DNA of 63,996 nt, counting the filler, from Catajapyx aquilonaris (Eukaryota), in the NCBI GenBank assembly GCA_000934665.2. It is 3 parts of 3 records of this genome, joined end to end, with 100 filler letters (N's around TTAATTAATTAA, not from the genome) between each part and the next. Parts side by side here need not be neighbours in the genome. Positions count along the whole stretch, not along the records: positions 1 to 21,631 come from JYFJ02006020.1; 2 more parts are not named here. One strand, written 5' to 3'. The notes below the pieces were generated by a model that worked only from the letters and a program-made list of their open reading frames with translations, ran no database searches and was not told the DNA's origin. The position numbers and the translations under genes were made by a program. Of this stretch, positions 1-13,900 are shown piece after piece. Numbering within the stretch: position 1 is the first letter of the stretch; every line of letters starts with the position of its first letter.

Positions 1-3000
1 ATCACTTAAGGTGGTTAATGATTCAATGAATACCACTCAGGATTTCACTGCAGTCATACTGTAATAGTATTGGATTATTGGCAATGCAATAATAGTAAAA
101 TTTTAATAAGAAGATTGGAAATAAGATATCTGTGAAATTAGGCGCGCTGCTCATTCCTCGATTGCCTATAGATCTAAGCAGATTTTAAAAATGGCCCAAT
201 AGTTCCTGATAGTTCAGATTGGCTTCATAAACTGCACACTAGTGTACAATATTTTAAGTGGGTTTCGGATTGTTTCAGTTTTCATTAAAAATGCTCCTTG
301 AAGATGTAAGGTATATGGTTTTCACACGATTTATGAATCCAATAGAGTTAAATTGTGGGTGAATAGCGCTCTCCTGTAATCCTTCAAGCTTAGTTAATTT
401 TTTTGTGAAGGAAACATATGCTGCTACAATAATACGCACTGAATCCTCACAATTGCAAAATTCGTTATCACGCGATATCAAAGCACAAGTGCAAAAGCTG
501 TACTTAACTTAAGCAAAAAAAAAAAGCAGCTGGCTTGGAAAAAAAAGTGGCGTTTTGAATCCTAAATAGTTGATAATGTGAACCCGTGCCTTTGAACTCT
601 GAGCACAAAATGCAGATTGTTGATTATCCGGGCAGCATATACCCGGAGTAGTTCTTTCGCTTTTGTGGCTCCCGATTAAATAGAGAAGCTGGGCTCGCAG
701 AGAGTGGGGGGAAGGGAGGGCATTTTTTTTTTTTTTACTTATTTAGAAACAGATCACAGAGAGTATTTGTGCTCCCGCCCCACCAGAATCAGGGTTTCCA
801 TCCCGGCGCCCTTTCAGCGTCATAATTACGAGCAGGTTGTCCTCCGGAGGGGGTTTTACACGCCGCTAATCTAGTCGAAACAACAACAGCACAACAGCAG
901 CGGCAGCTAACTGTGAGCGTTGCAAGTTCATGTTTGTGTAATAAGGGACTCGGGCTCGCCCTCCACTAATAAATCACGCGGGAATTTCCATACAGGGAGC
1001 AATTTCCTCTCTCTCTCTCTCTCTCCCTCTCCAATTTTTTAAATTCTCTCTCCAACCCTCCCCCGATTTCCGACCGAGGCAAAGAGTATGTGTGGTGCAT
1101 GTCCAGTGTGTGTTGCCTGCTCTCGGAATGAGAGTCTTTGTCCCGAAGGAGCCCAATTGGTGCCCCCACCCCCCAACCTAATGACAGCAGATGTTTGAGT
1201 CCCAATGATAACTCACCCGCCAAACAGCTGCGGCCTGGCTCGCAAATGAAGTCGTTATGGAGTCGTATATTATGTGGTTTTATAGTCTGTCTGGCCTCGT
1301 CGTGTCAGGGAACGGACAGGTCACGTCACTCCAAGCTGGAAACCATGTGCCAAATCCTCTGACCTTGTTTTTCGTTCAGTCGGGAAGAAGGGACTAGTTC
1401 TAAAAACCCTATAGATGATTTTTAAAAATGAGCGCAACCGAGTTAGAGCAAATTGTTTCCAACATTACGTTTGAAGGGGTAACAATATGGCCGGCTTTTG
1501 CGACGTTGCCAAGGCTCTGGAACGAACCTGTGGCAACATTGTTGTCAGAACAATGGACTTGCGCGAGTGTGGGTGCGCACTCGTTTAAAAAAATCAGCTG
1601 TAGTACTGAATATTTTGATAAAAAATTTAGATTAGTTCAAGTCAAGACCTTCTGGCAGCAATTTAGCAAGTTTTTCCGAACACTTTCAGAGCACTTTCTG
1701 GCAAAAATTGTCAAAGTTAAGGAAACTATAGTTGGTGGATAATTTTGGGGCCTTTAATCACACTATCTGTCAAAAGAAAAAAAAGGGGTTCGGAGCCGAT
1801 ATTCAATAACCTCAAAAAGTCACGGTTCGTGGCGGCCCAATTTGCACATTTCAATCCCGGGCCTTTAATTTCATAATGTTCTCTCTGACATATCCGGTGG
1901 CCATGTCACCTCCCGAAGATGCCAGAACACAACCTGGGAAGAGTCTGACATTTAAAAATAAAGTGCAAGGGGGTGGAGAAGAAGTCGACCTCCCTGATCT
2001 CTCAACTCCACCCTTTTTTTTGTGTGTCGTTGGAAATAATTAGGTGTTGATATCAAGGCATGTTTGTTCCTGATCAGCGACGTTGCCATGACGATCAAGG
2101 AGGAGTTCAAGATGGTGGCCGTCACCGACACCTCCCACCCCTCCAATTTCCTCGGGGGTTGTTAAGAAAGTGGGGACCATAGCCTGCCAACCCCAAACTC
2201 CCACATCACCCGAGCTTCCCATCCCCCAGTTTTTTTTACGCCCTCACTAAGACACCTCTTCTGCCAAGGAGCAGGAGAGAAGAAGACGAAGAAGGAGAAA
2301 AAAAAACTTATAAGTGAGGATGGTTCCTTCGTTAGCCGATCCCAACAACGGTGCTATTATTTCGAGGATGCTACGGGGGGAAAAAAGAGAGTAGAGGAAG
2401 CCTTTTTTCCCTCAGTTTCTTTTTTGGTGGAGCCCCGCCAACCTTCCGCCATTTGATTGGTCGCAGGTCGTTGCAACCCGAGATTCTTTTCCTTCCTTCG
2501 TTTTCCGCCGTAATGACGAAACACCGGAGGCTGAGATGTCATCTTTATAGGCCCCGCCGCGGGCCTTCGCTACCATTCCTTTTTCAGCATGCGAAAATAT
2601 ATAGGGAGACAGAAAAAAGGGAACAAAAATCGTGAACCGTGGTAAAAGAGAAGAAATTGTTTGCCGGAGAGTTGCCGAATATTCACGCCGTTTAGACTTT
2701 AGAGGAACAAAAACTGGGATGGACTGGCCATCAATTAGAAAATGTTCACTCGAAAGGAGTGGGCTCTATATATCAAAGATGGGAAATTGAGCAGTAAACC
2801 AACTCAATGTCACAGAAAGAGTGTTACCAGAAATGCAGTAATAAATTTTGAGCACGCTAAAAGTTTATTGCTTCTGCCTGTTATATATCGAAGGGTCGTT
2901 CGATTTGCATGGCATACATCGTTCATAATATAGGAACGTGGTTAATATTAGTATTACTGAACAAATCGAGTCGCTGTAAATGACTGTGGCTCTCAAATAA

Positions 3001-6000
3001 TGTTGTGAAATATCCAGCAACATTTTTTTTGCGACTGTAAATAAGTAACCAGGCCAAGAGTGGCTGTGCGTGGATATGTGGAAAGTATTTTCTCTCTGCT
3101 GTGTGTGTGTATTTATTTTCCTGCTGCTGGAACGAAGCGATCGCTAAAAATTCTGCCGGGTTTGAATCCTTGTCAGCCGTCACCCCTGATAAACGGCATT
3201 GGCGATGGCTCCGACCATCAAGCCCCCCCTGTAAAAATGCGCAAACACTTTCAAAACTTCATGACCGTAGTCATGGAAACGCAAATGCAGGTTGTCATGT
3301 CGCGTCATTTTGTACGACAGTCCTCTGGTCATTCTGGAAGCGACGGGGCATGGACATCTGCTCATTACATATTTTTTTTAAAAACCCACCTCCTAATCGA
3401 GTGAGTTGGGTTGAAGGTTATTGGGAGGGAATGTTTCTTTTAACGAGTTGTTTGTCCGGATGTATTAATTTATTGAGGTTGGGATAATTTGCTGAAGTTT
3501 CGTTTGATTTGCGTTCTGCTAGAGTGTCTAGTTGAACATTAATAAGTAATATTTCTCCCCCTCTGGAGAGAGGGTGGGTTACACAGTTATTTTTCTGTGG
3601 TAAGGAGCGTGTTAGGGGGGAAGACATGAAAGTGAGGGGAGGGTGTCAGGTGGGCTAGGCCTCATCAACAAGTTTGGGAAGTGCAGCTTGGGACGGGATC
3701 GATCATATATCCTGTCATGGCTCTCGTGGGCTTGCAGTTTGTCGTTCTAGCCTTCCATCATCCCCCCCCCCCTCTCTGAACCAAGCTCCTCCTATACCCC
3801 CCTGAAAACCTAACCACCCCAGCTGCCATATTGATCCCTCGTCATCAGTTCATCACACGGCGCGGAACCCATCAATTAGGGCAACGGTTAATTCCATAAA
3901 AAGGAAGGGCCGAGCTAGGGGAGAGAATTGTAGGGGGAATGAAAATGAGCACGTGTGGAGATGAATACACCAAAATCTTAACCTTGGCCAGGTGAACATA
4001 TGCAAGGAGTAAGTGTAGAGACTTATCAGACAAAAAATGACCCCCAGCAGGATGACTTTTCGATATGTATAGCTGGTGTTAACAAGCAGTCTCACCATAC
4101 ACATTTTGTAGTGTGTGTTGACTACACATTCAGACGCTGTGTAATCCAGGGCTCAAATGAGAGAAATGAGAGAAGGGGGAGTGGCATATCAGACAGAGAG
4201 AGAGAGAGAGAGAGGCGGGTGCCAAAAAAAAGAGGGCAATGAGTAGGAGTCAGGGAACTGTGAAACGCTTCGCAACTCCACAGCTTGGAAATAGAATCCA
4301 ATTAACCCCCTGGAAATCCACTCAACCCTATTTGGGCAGGCTTTTGTGCCTGGAGCTTTTATGCTGCTCGCTGGTATAGGTCATGCCTCCCCCAACTCTC
4401 CCCCAAACCCCCATCACCCCCTCTCAGGGTCCGGCCGAAAAACCTCCAAACTTGCATGTGCGGGCATCCCCTCTCTCTCTTTTATAACGAGGTCACCCCA
4501 GGGCTGGTGCCAAAAATTGCCAAAATTTTGACACAAGCAGGGGTTTGGAAAAATCCGCGACATTTTCACTCTCTAGCTTTTTTTAAAAAAAAAGGTCATC
4601 TCTTCAGATTGGCAGGCGAGCAATAAGCCTGTTTTCGATGTAAGATTAACATCGCCTGATGAAGTTATGAAGGAGAAGGCATTTGTCGACTTGGAAATTA
4701 CCAACTTTGTCGACGGGCAATAATGGGGTTAGCTGAGGGGAAATGCTCGCCTGAATTGCTGTTAAAGCGAACCGGAAAGCGATATTGGGAAGAGGAGGGG
4801 GGGATTGCAAAATCGGATCTGATGCCATTGTTTCGGGGAGCTCAAAGTTTATCCCGATTATTTTTTGGGCACATCCCTCGCAGTTTTCAAATATTCAGAG
4901 GTCCTTTTTACGTTGTTTTTTTTCTCTCTCTCCGCAGTTTGAGTCTCCCCATGTGACGTGGCTTTTCGGCTAAACATTACTTACAAACCGCACATAGACT
5001 GCTTTATATCCTCCCGTGACGACTCCCTCTATCATCACAAAACATGCGAGGCTCACGTTAAACTTGCCTCACTCCCTTGGCTGGAAGAAGAGGGAGAAAA
5101 AAAAGACGGTAGAAATAGTGGGGGGTGGGGAGGGTCCATTACGCCAAAATTACCCAGCGTGAAAACAGGCTCGGCCTGAAGGATCTGGCATTAGGAATAA
5201 TTCATGCGAAACAGAGGAATGTAGGCCTGTTTTGGCTTTCCCTCGGGGGTAATCAAAAGCTGGCCGTCATAACTGTTCAACGCTTGGAGGGTACGGAGAG
5301 GGAAGGTACTATACATTTTGGGATGTATTGGGAACGTGTGAAGTTCATCCTCCGGCATATTTTCTTCAAATGCACCCTTTCATCGTCTTCATTTAAGCCC
5401 TTAAAATATTATATATAATAAAAAAGAGGATGGGGGAGTTAATTGGCGTTAAAAATAGTGGGTGGCTGTAATTTAATGAAGGAAAACTCCCTTCCTACAT
5501 ATGAGGCTAGAATTGGGGGAATAAATTAGTTCCGCCTTAAGACGTTATGCAAATAAATATGCAAAGGAGGTGCTTTGCATTCGAGACGGGTTGTGCTCCG
5601 AAGCAACCGGCAACGGGTATGGGAGGCAGGAGGGGGAGGGGGAGGCGTTTTCCCAATAATATTCGCGGAAATTAATTCTTCAACATTTATCTGCAGATGT
5701 TATCATCACCGGAATTACAACCGTTGAGATGCAATCTTCCCTAGTTCCCCCCTTTTTTCAGGCCCGGATTTTCCCCCCCTAAATTTTGGGGCAGCAAAGA
5801 ACCACCATAAACGAAAAGAGGGGAATGACGGGAAATATCCGGGCGCAAAATGAAACTCAATTGGGGAATGATAGCCCCGGAAAAAAAGCGTTTTGATGTG
5901 TGAGTCCCCCTTCGACATCATCCGGATTGATGGCCCATTCTCTCTCCCCACTTTTCAACACACGCTCCCCCCAAAAAAGCAGAGAGGAGGGGCTGTGTGC

Positions 6001-7702
6001 AAATTAGGAGGAAGGAAGTACGTAGTGGTGCATCCTCCTCTTCTCACTACTCTTGATCGATGGGCTTCGGAATTATTTAGCGCCAAACAGGCCGTTAGTG
6101 GCCATGGTTGGGCTTCAAATTATCGCGACGCATACATCAAGTCCTAGCCTCCCCCCCAAATGCTGCAAGTTGATGACTCATCTAGTGCTAATCCTACTCT
6201 GCTGCAACTCGACACGACTCCATATCCCGCCCCACCAAAATGAACTAGTTTATATTTTTATTTAAAAAAAAAAACAGGCAAGATTTGGTGCTGGGTTCAA
6301 TTACATCGCGGCTGCCATCTAATTACTAGTGGCGATCACTAGGCAGCAGCCACCATTTGTGCCCACAATACATCTCCTGGTAGCACCCGGAGTTTAATCT
6401 TGGGTTATAATAAGGAGACGTGCAGAGCTGACTCCATACGTTAAACGCCTAATTTAGTCCCCTCATAAAGGACCAGCCCCCACCGATATATAGACCACCT
6501 TTCTCCATAGCATGGCAAGGAGGACCGGCTATGAAGAGGGAGCCATTGGCTCTTCCTCTCATCTCTCCAAAAGCCCTCTCTCTCTCCCCATCCAGCCCCA
6601 TCCAACTTACTTATTAAGCATACCAAACAGCAGTTCTTGGTGGGGGAGTTGAGGATCTTGCATATGATGGTCCCCCATAATCAACCCAATGCATTCAATA
6701 TCCCCAGAATTTGCAGGGAAGTTGAGGCGGTCATTTTGAACTGTTGGGTACAGGCTGGGGCAACTAGTTGAGAACATACTTTACATGGGAAGGGTCAGCG
6801 GCATTGATCTGATCACGCCTCGGAGCCTGAAACACGAGAACAATTTGCCTGTCCCTTATTTTCTGCCAGATTTGCTCCGAGGCCGTCTCCGGAGAGGGGA
6901 TAATATTTTGTCTTGTTTGACTCCGGCTTTTATGACGTCACGGACTTCCCCGTTTTTCCCCGGGTAATGGCGAGGCCAAGCTCTAATAAGGTCCCGAAAG
7001 TCCGGAGGCCATTTCAACAGGGGACTTGTCGCAGTGATGAATTCAACGTCTCCTGCTGCCCTTACTCGTCCTTTTTTTCCTGCCTTGTAATTGGTCATCC
7101 TCAGCATGGGTCTCGCTTCTGCCAGGGGAGATGCGCCGGATATCTCTTTTTTTTATCCGGACCTCCCTCGAAGACTTGCTAGAAACAATGTTGACGCCAT
7201 TAGACGATGCCACTTTGAGGAGTCTGACAGGACGCGGGAGGTATATGGATGCGGGTATTGGCTTCATTTTGTGTTCGTTAAGCAACTGGACTTCCAGCTA
7301 TGATTCCATCAGCCATGTACTGTATTAATGCAAACTGTGTGTCACAGCTTGGGAGCAATTTATTTCTCGTCGAGCGCATAAAACCAATTCGACATGCACC
7401 TCCACCTGCTTGTAAACACGCATCGATCCTCGAATAATCTGGCAGGTATGTAGCCCCCCGATGCCGAGTTCATTAGGACATAACCATCACGTGGTGGACT
7501 TGATTATGACGTTCGTTGCAGGGGTATATTTTTTATGGTTGTCGTGCACAGGAGCCATTTTTTGGGGGTACTAATTTGATTTGGGAGTGGTCAATTACGA
7601 AACGGTCGAGATATGTATCGGTCACTAGTCCCAAAGGTATAGGTTCTAAAACGCGGACACTGATCGCTTAAAAATTCATAACGAAAATAGTTACTAACAT
7701 TT

Positions 7703-8070
7703 AAGCTACTTGACTTTTCACCTACCAAACTTCCATATTCGCCCCTCCCCCCACCAAAACGTCAGTTATTACTCTCTCCAATTCTCAAAATGTTCAAACG
7801 CTTCCAAAATTGATTTCAGAGTTTTCCTTCCAGCAGCAAATTCTTGGCAAGTGAAGCAAGCGTTTGTCGGCTATATTTTGATCTGGTTNAAGCTACTTGA
7901 CTTTTCACCAACCAAACTTCCAGATTCGCCCCCCACCAAAACGTCAGTTATTACTCTCTCCAATTCTCAAAATGTTCAAACGCTTCCAAAATTGATTTCA
8001 GAGTTTTCCTTCCAGCAGCAAATTCTTGGCAAGTGAAGCAAGCGTTTGTCGGCTATATTTTGATCTGGTT
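7703..8070. repeat. Direct duplication (~185 bp x2) joined by a single N; likely assembly overlap of alleles
   Basis: 7703-7888 and 7890-8070 are near-identical, with one N at 7889 exactly at the junction. Confidence 0.85.
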
Positions 8071-10897
8071 TTAGGAGTATAGGTGTTCAATTATGAAACG
8101 GTATATGAATGGTACAGAGAAGGAAGAGATTGAGGTGAAGGGTTGAAGGTGGGTGGGTGGGTGGGCAAATTTCCCCTCGGGTCGTCGACCGCTCTTCGTT
8201 CCTTCTCATCGGCTTCATATCGAAGGAAGCAATAAGGCTGGGGCCCTTCCTGCTGCCTTCCAAAAACCTTTCTAATGGTCTCCCGAGCCTTTTCTGGGTG
8301 GGTCCAGATGAGAAACTCAGACTCCTCCTTTCCCCCCCTCCCCCCCTTCCTAAGGAAAACTAACAGCTCCTGTCCAGAGTAAGCAGGCTTCACATCCATT
8401 GCATCTGAATCAAGATGTGACAGGCGGAATTGCTACCAGTCTTTGGCTTTATCCCCTAGCAGTACACAAGTTCCCATCAGCACAATTCGTTTCATTCTCT
8501 TGTGCGCTGACTTTACCTCCGACTGCGAGCCCAAAGTTAGGCAAACCCGTTAGTCCGTCAAGTGTCCAAGACAGCTGCCTTCAAAGCAGTTATTACCGTT
8601 CCACTATTAAACCCCAAATGGAATTAAGGCAAGGACCGACTTCTCTGTCTCCCTGCCAGGACCGCTTTCATCTTACGGACTGAAAGGTGGAAAAGTCAAC
8701 CTTGTTAGGGAAAGCAAAAGGGCCAGCCAAACCCCGGATTTCATAGGCCTACGCAGATGTCAGGAGAAATGGGCCCTGATTAGACGGATTACCTGCCGTG
8801 CACCTACATTTCCCGATTCCTCTTACTTTTCCCTATGCAAATATGCAATCTCGGTTGAAAATTGAATATCGGTAGCACCCAGGCAGATTCGAACTGGTCG
8901 AAAACTTAGCAATAATCACACGTTGGATATATCCAAAATTCCTGTGCTCAATTAATCGGTAACATTTTTTTTTTGCGACAAGTTCCATCACCGAAATGGA
9001 CCACAACAACTGTAAATATATCTTTTGAAATCGTCCCAGAATTGTGGGCAACATTCCAACTTTTTCTTCAATTCCCCCCAACAGCAAGCAAGCACTTTTC
9101 ATCCCCCAATCTCGTAGCTTGCCCTCGAAAAAAAAAATGCATCATGGGACTCCGTACCCACCACTCTGCAACGAAAAAGGGAAGGTTCCAGAGAAAAGGG
9201 AAGGAAGAAGAAAAAAAAAAATCTGCAGCGCGACTTGCAGGTGTATTTGCGTGATTAGGAAAGGCTTTCCCCGAGTGTTTTCCCGCTGGAAGATATGGCG
9301 GGGAAGGGAATCCCACAAGCTTAAGGTTCGTGCTCCAGCGACCGGTCCCACAGATTGCAAACCTTCCTTCCATCTCCTTTCTTTCACTCTACTTTTTTTT
9401 TTGGAGGGGGGGCGGGTTTCCCTCAGCTGTGCAAATAATATTCTGCGACCGCGCTCTTTCCACCACTGACACAAATCTAACTCGAGGGAAAAAAAATTGG
9501 ATCGCACTTTTCGTGACTTGCACTTACTGAGTGAGATTATAGCCGTTGTCTATAAGTTTGGGAAGTATTCAGCGAACTTTTCGATGAACAATGTGCAACA
9601 ATGTCCGCCATAGGATACGTGACTTATATCGTAAGTTATACGAGCAGTTAGAAGCTTCGCATGTTGCATTAAGAATTGTCTGACGACATGTCACGGCCTG
9701 GTCATTAGTTGCCTTGTGATTATAATGTCCGCGTGACGTTTACTGCGATTTTGACTTACTGTTGGCCCCGGAGGACTAACGAATGCGGTTTGTTCGTTCC
9801 CAGACATTTTTATTGCCAGCTATTAATTGAATTATTGCCGGGGAAAAACCATCGTGTGCGCCAAGCAAGGTACAGTGTAGATAATATTTAGTGAAAAAAG
9901 ACTTATTTTTCGACAATCACCGAGCACCTTTTTGTCGAACTGACGGATATGTTTTACAGCGCTCGTAAAACAAGCCTGGAAAAAAAATAATTGTGTCGAT
10001 TCCCCGTATAATTTACAGCCAGGAGTGCTCCGACGAGATACTGCAAGCACCGGGTATCCAACACTCGGCAAACACGTGCGCAAAACACACTCTAAACTGG
10101 TTTAAAAACAAGAGTCGCTCGTATCGTTTACCTGAATGTTGTTGCGAGTATATACTGTTAAAAATATCGCTCTGGCTGGCTGTTAGATCGATCAAGATTG
10201 GCTGCACTGCGTCGTTAAATTTTAATCTGTCGGCTGGCCACATGCCGAGGACAGCCTTTCATCGGGTTAAATGCTGGCTGGCTCTTTAAGGATTTAAATC
10301 TATCACTGACTGGCTTTGTTCTGCGGCCCAATTGAAACCGCGGATGTGATGTAGGCAGAGAGAGCTAGATAGGAAGAAGCACTGCTTAATGATTTATTTC
10401 AGAAATATTATGCTTACACTGGTTCAACCCATTTCAATAATGATTAACTGCTTATCGCGAGGCTCAAGATTTTAGCAGTTGGCCAATTTCAAAGAAACTG
10501 GGCGTAATTTTAGTAGTACCGCCCTGTGCTGAAATATATATCTAATAGTTAAAAATGAGGCCACCTTTTTCTGTCCATTTTGCTAATTGGAATGTGCAGG
10601 ACCTGCCTTCAGGGCGGGGGCGACATCACGAGGTTCTCTCTTTTTTTTTGATATGTGGTTTTCGCCTTCGCATGATGTCAAAAATGTGGAAGCGAAACTA
10701 CGCCCATTGTTGAACGCGACTTATTTGTGCAGCCTCGTCTTTTTTGCACACGGTTTTGAGAGGTGCGATAATGTTCAGTGACAATATATTGGTGTAATGT
10801 TCCAGGGTGAGAATACTTTGTGGGGGAAGTGCTTCAGTTAGAGATAATATTCACTGATCACTGATCTTTGCTCCTGAAGGGCCGTTATCTACACGAA

Positions 10898-10969
10898 GGG
10901 GGTGTAGCTCAGAGGTAGAGTGTCCGCTTCGCATGCGGAAAGTCCCGGGTTCGAACCCCGGTACCTCCA
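10898..10969 (+). tRNA. trnA-CGC: tRNA-Ala, anticodon CGC
   Basis: 72-nt cloverleaf. Acceptor stem GGGGGTG/TACCTCC has the G3:U70 Ala identity pair; anticodon arm is TCCGC-TT-CGC-AT-GCGGA; T arm is CCGGG-TTCGAAC-CCCGG; discriminator base is A. Confidence 0.95.
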
Positions 10970-10970
10970 C

Positions 10971-10977
10971 TTTTTTT
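10971..10977 (+). terminator. RNA polymerase III oligo-T terminator
   Basis: T7 run starting 2 nt after the tRNA 3' end. Confidence 0.8.
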
Positions 10978-13900
10978 ATTTACTTTTCCGAAATTTTGAT
11001 AATTAATGGTCTGAAGTGTTGTATATCATTTAAGTCTGTTTAGGAGACGAATAAAATTTTTTAAGTGAGCGTACGNGGTATTAATGGAGGCTGTTCATGC
11101 GATTCATTTCGATTTATACAACCTGTTACCCTTTAGGGTACCTGTGCCTCTCATACACTCTTTTTGTTAACTAGCTGATTTTCTGCACATTATGCTGGAA
11201 AAGCAAGTCAAGCCGCAAAGACTTGCAAAGAGCATCCAAAACGAGGTAGCACCAGTCTGGCGCTAATCGGATTTGCGAAACAAGTGAATACTCGTGATTT
11301 GTGCACTTTCACTCTCTCTTTTTTTGCAGCCATATTGTTCGTGTTGGTGGGAGGAGGTGGTGGGGGGAGGGAGTATTTTTTAAAAAATGGCTATTTCCGT
11401 GAATGGTGGGTTACCATCTGTGATGCCAGTACTTAGTCAGGACATGAACAGCGTTTCAATAAGAGGATTTTTGGAAGTCGCGAATCAATATGATACTGCA
11501 GGCAGGTAATTAAAAGGACCTCAGCTTAACGTTTGAGGGGAGGGTGGGGGAGGGTGGTAGTTGGGAGGAGAGAGGGAGAAAAAAGAGACGGTACTAATTA
11601 AGAAATTCCTGGGGGGTGGGGTTGGGTGGGAATTGGATTGCCAGATGCAGAAAAGAGGAGGAAAAGGGGGTGGGTGCAGCCCTTGCTGTGTAATCTGCTC
11701 ACGTCTTGAATTTTCCAATGGGGGAGAAAAAAAGAAGATTGCTAGAGAGAGATACATTGTAGAGATACGCTTCCGAGAAGTGTAATTAGCGGAAGCTGCT
11801 GAGCTGCTGGTCATTAACACGAACCTAAAATGATCAATGAGTATTTTATGTTACGGAAAGAGGGGAAGGGCGAGGAGATTTTTTAATCAAGTGCAATTTC
11901 CTGCAAGGAAATTAATCAGCAACGTATTTTGTCCCGGGCATGGAGAGTAAGAAAAAAAAAGGAGCAACAAGGAAATTTTTTAATGATCCTTCCTGTTTGC
12001 GAAGTTTGGACCTAATCGGAGACAACAACAATGCTTAGGATCCGGACTCTGCCTGCACAACACTATTAATTCTGGAGGAGGGCAGCAAGGTTAATCTGAT
12101 ACCGACTCTTCTGCATGTGCAAGTCGTATATATACGGCGATATTATTTTTCTTCATGGTTATATTTTGAATGGGTGTAAACCTGTCACATGAAATTGCTG
12201 CTTTGTGCTAAGTACCTGCCCTTTTCTTTCATACAGGCAGCAAATAGAGGTAGTAATATTAAATTTATAAAGTGAAATGAGATTCGTACCTTCATGTCCT
12301 TAGCAGAAATGTCTGAGCGCAGACATTTTGTGGTGGCCCAATCTGGAACGAGAAGAACCAGAGGTTAATAGTTGCAGTGGCCAACAATATGCTTCTATTC
12401 AGTTTAATGTAGTGAAATCTGCCTGTAGATGAATCGATCCGTTCGAGGAATATTTCGCATTGGACAGGTTTCAGTTATGTACTCAGAAATGCATAGAAAA
12501 TTTTTTCCTCTCCGGAACAGAACCGGAATTTCTACGAGTTCCGGGACCGTCGCAGATAGGTTTCACTGCATTAATTTAACAGGTATGACATTCAAAACCC
12601 TTTCTCAAAACTGCTCTCTCATGTGGGCTGACTCATTATTGCATAACACAGTCCATTCAATTAAGTACAGTCTGTAAAAATTAGCTGGATGGAATTGTGT
12701 AGATAAAATTTCCGTGGCCTGTGCGAGCACATGAGTGTAGCACTACTATAATAATAATAATCAGAGGCATAACAAACGCCATGCACCGATGTAACCGACA
12801 TCAGGTGGTAACGATTCCAACCTGGTCGACTGTTGACAATGGCAGTTGCGACATGTTACCTCTCTCCCCATCACCCCCAAGAGAAGGCGTATAGACTGCA
12901 AAGGGTCGTTATTTGTACGAGCTTCAACTATTTCCTGTGTTGCGCAAGGCGAGTGTTGACTCTTACCAAGTGGAATAACACGGCCATGTTTGTCTTGCGC
13001 CAACTCAGATGTAGCTGAAGGGCGCAATGAGAAGTAGGGAAGAAGAGAGTATATGAGGAAGGGGTGAGGCCAGAGGCGGCTGAAGGAACCAGTTATACTA
13101 CCACCAGGTATTAAGTGGCCGACTCTAATGAAACCTCGTCCTTCCCCCGGATATAAGGAGGCCTCGGAGATCTTTTAAAATACAGAAAAATATATATACC
13201 GGAGTTAAAAACGAGAGTGTCGGTTTGCGCCAGTCATTGTCTAAATGGAGCGGAGGAAATAAGAGAGAGAGAGGTGGGGGGGGGGGTTTCGGGGATCAAT
13301 TGCATTCACGAGAGATTACACCCTCAAAGCTCCAGGCTGATATGGCAAAGTGAAAAATTACACAAAAGCATGATCGTCTGGGGAAAAGGCGGCGTTATCA
13401 TAATAGGGGTACCCACCCGAACGTTCATTAGAGTAATTGAGCATGAGCTAAGACTTTCTACTTAATGAAATTAAAATATCGAGATCGATGGTGCGCCGCC
13501 GCCTGGTGATGAGGCGTGTTTTGAGAGGGTATAGGAAAAAGGGGGCCAGGTTATCACAATCTCTGAAAGTTCTGTATGATTGTTGTTCTTGGACAAACTA
13601 CAGTGCAACACGGCTTGATGCCAACAATCAGGCGGGGTATAGTTGATGCTCATTCCTGTCTACGAACACATCAGGATCTACGAGTGGGAATGAGCATGCG
13701 CGACAAGTTTGTCCATATACGTGCTTAACCAGGAGAGGAATGTTGGTATAGCTGTCTGATGGTTCAGGTAACGAGCGTGCAGTGAGAGAGACCTGATGTC
13801 AGCGCACCGCAGTGCACGTGGCGATGACAACGTGACAGGCTGCAATAGTCCGCGCGACCCCAACACTTGCTGCGTCTGACAGCCAAAATGGCTCCATGTT

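Noticed and set aside
7037..7328. Coding-looking stretch with a hydrophobic segment
   Set aside because: No consistent start or splice model and no recognisable family.
7703..8070. Biological tandem duplication (also 20165-20910)
   Set aside because: A single N exactly at each junction indicates unmerged overlapping contig ends or alleles.
12234..12425. Possible TA-flanked MITE (CAGGCAG...CTGCCTG)
   Set aside because: The inverted match is only 7 bp plus TA, which could be chance.
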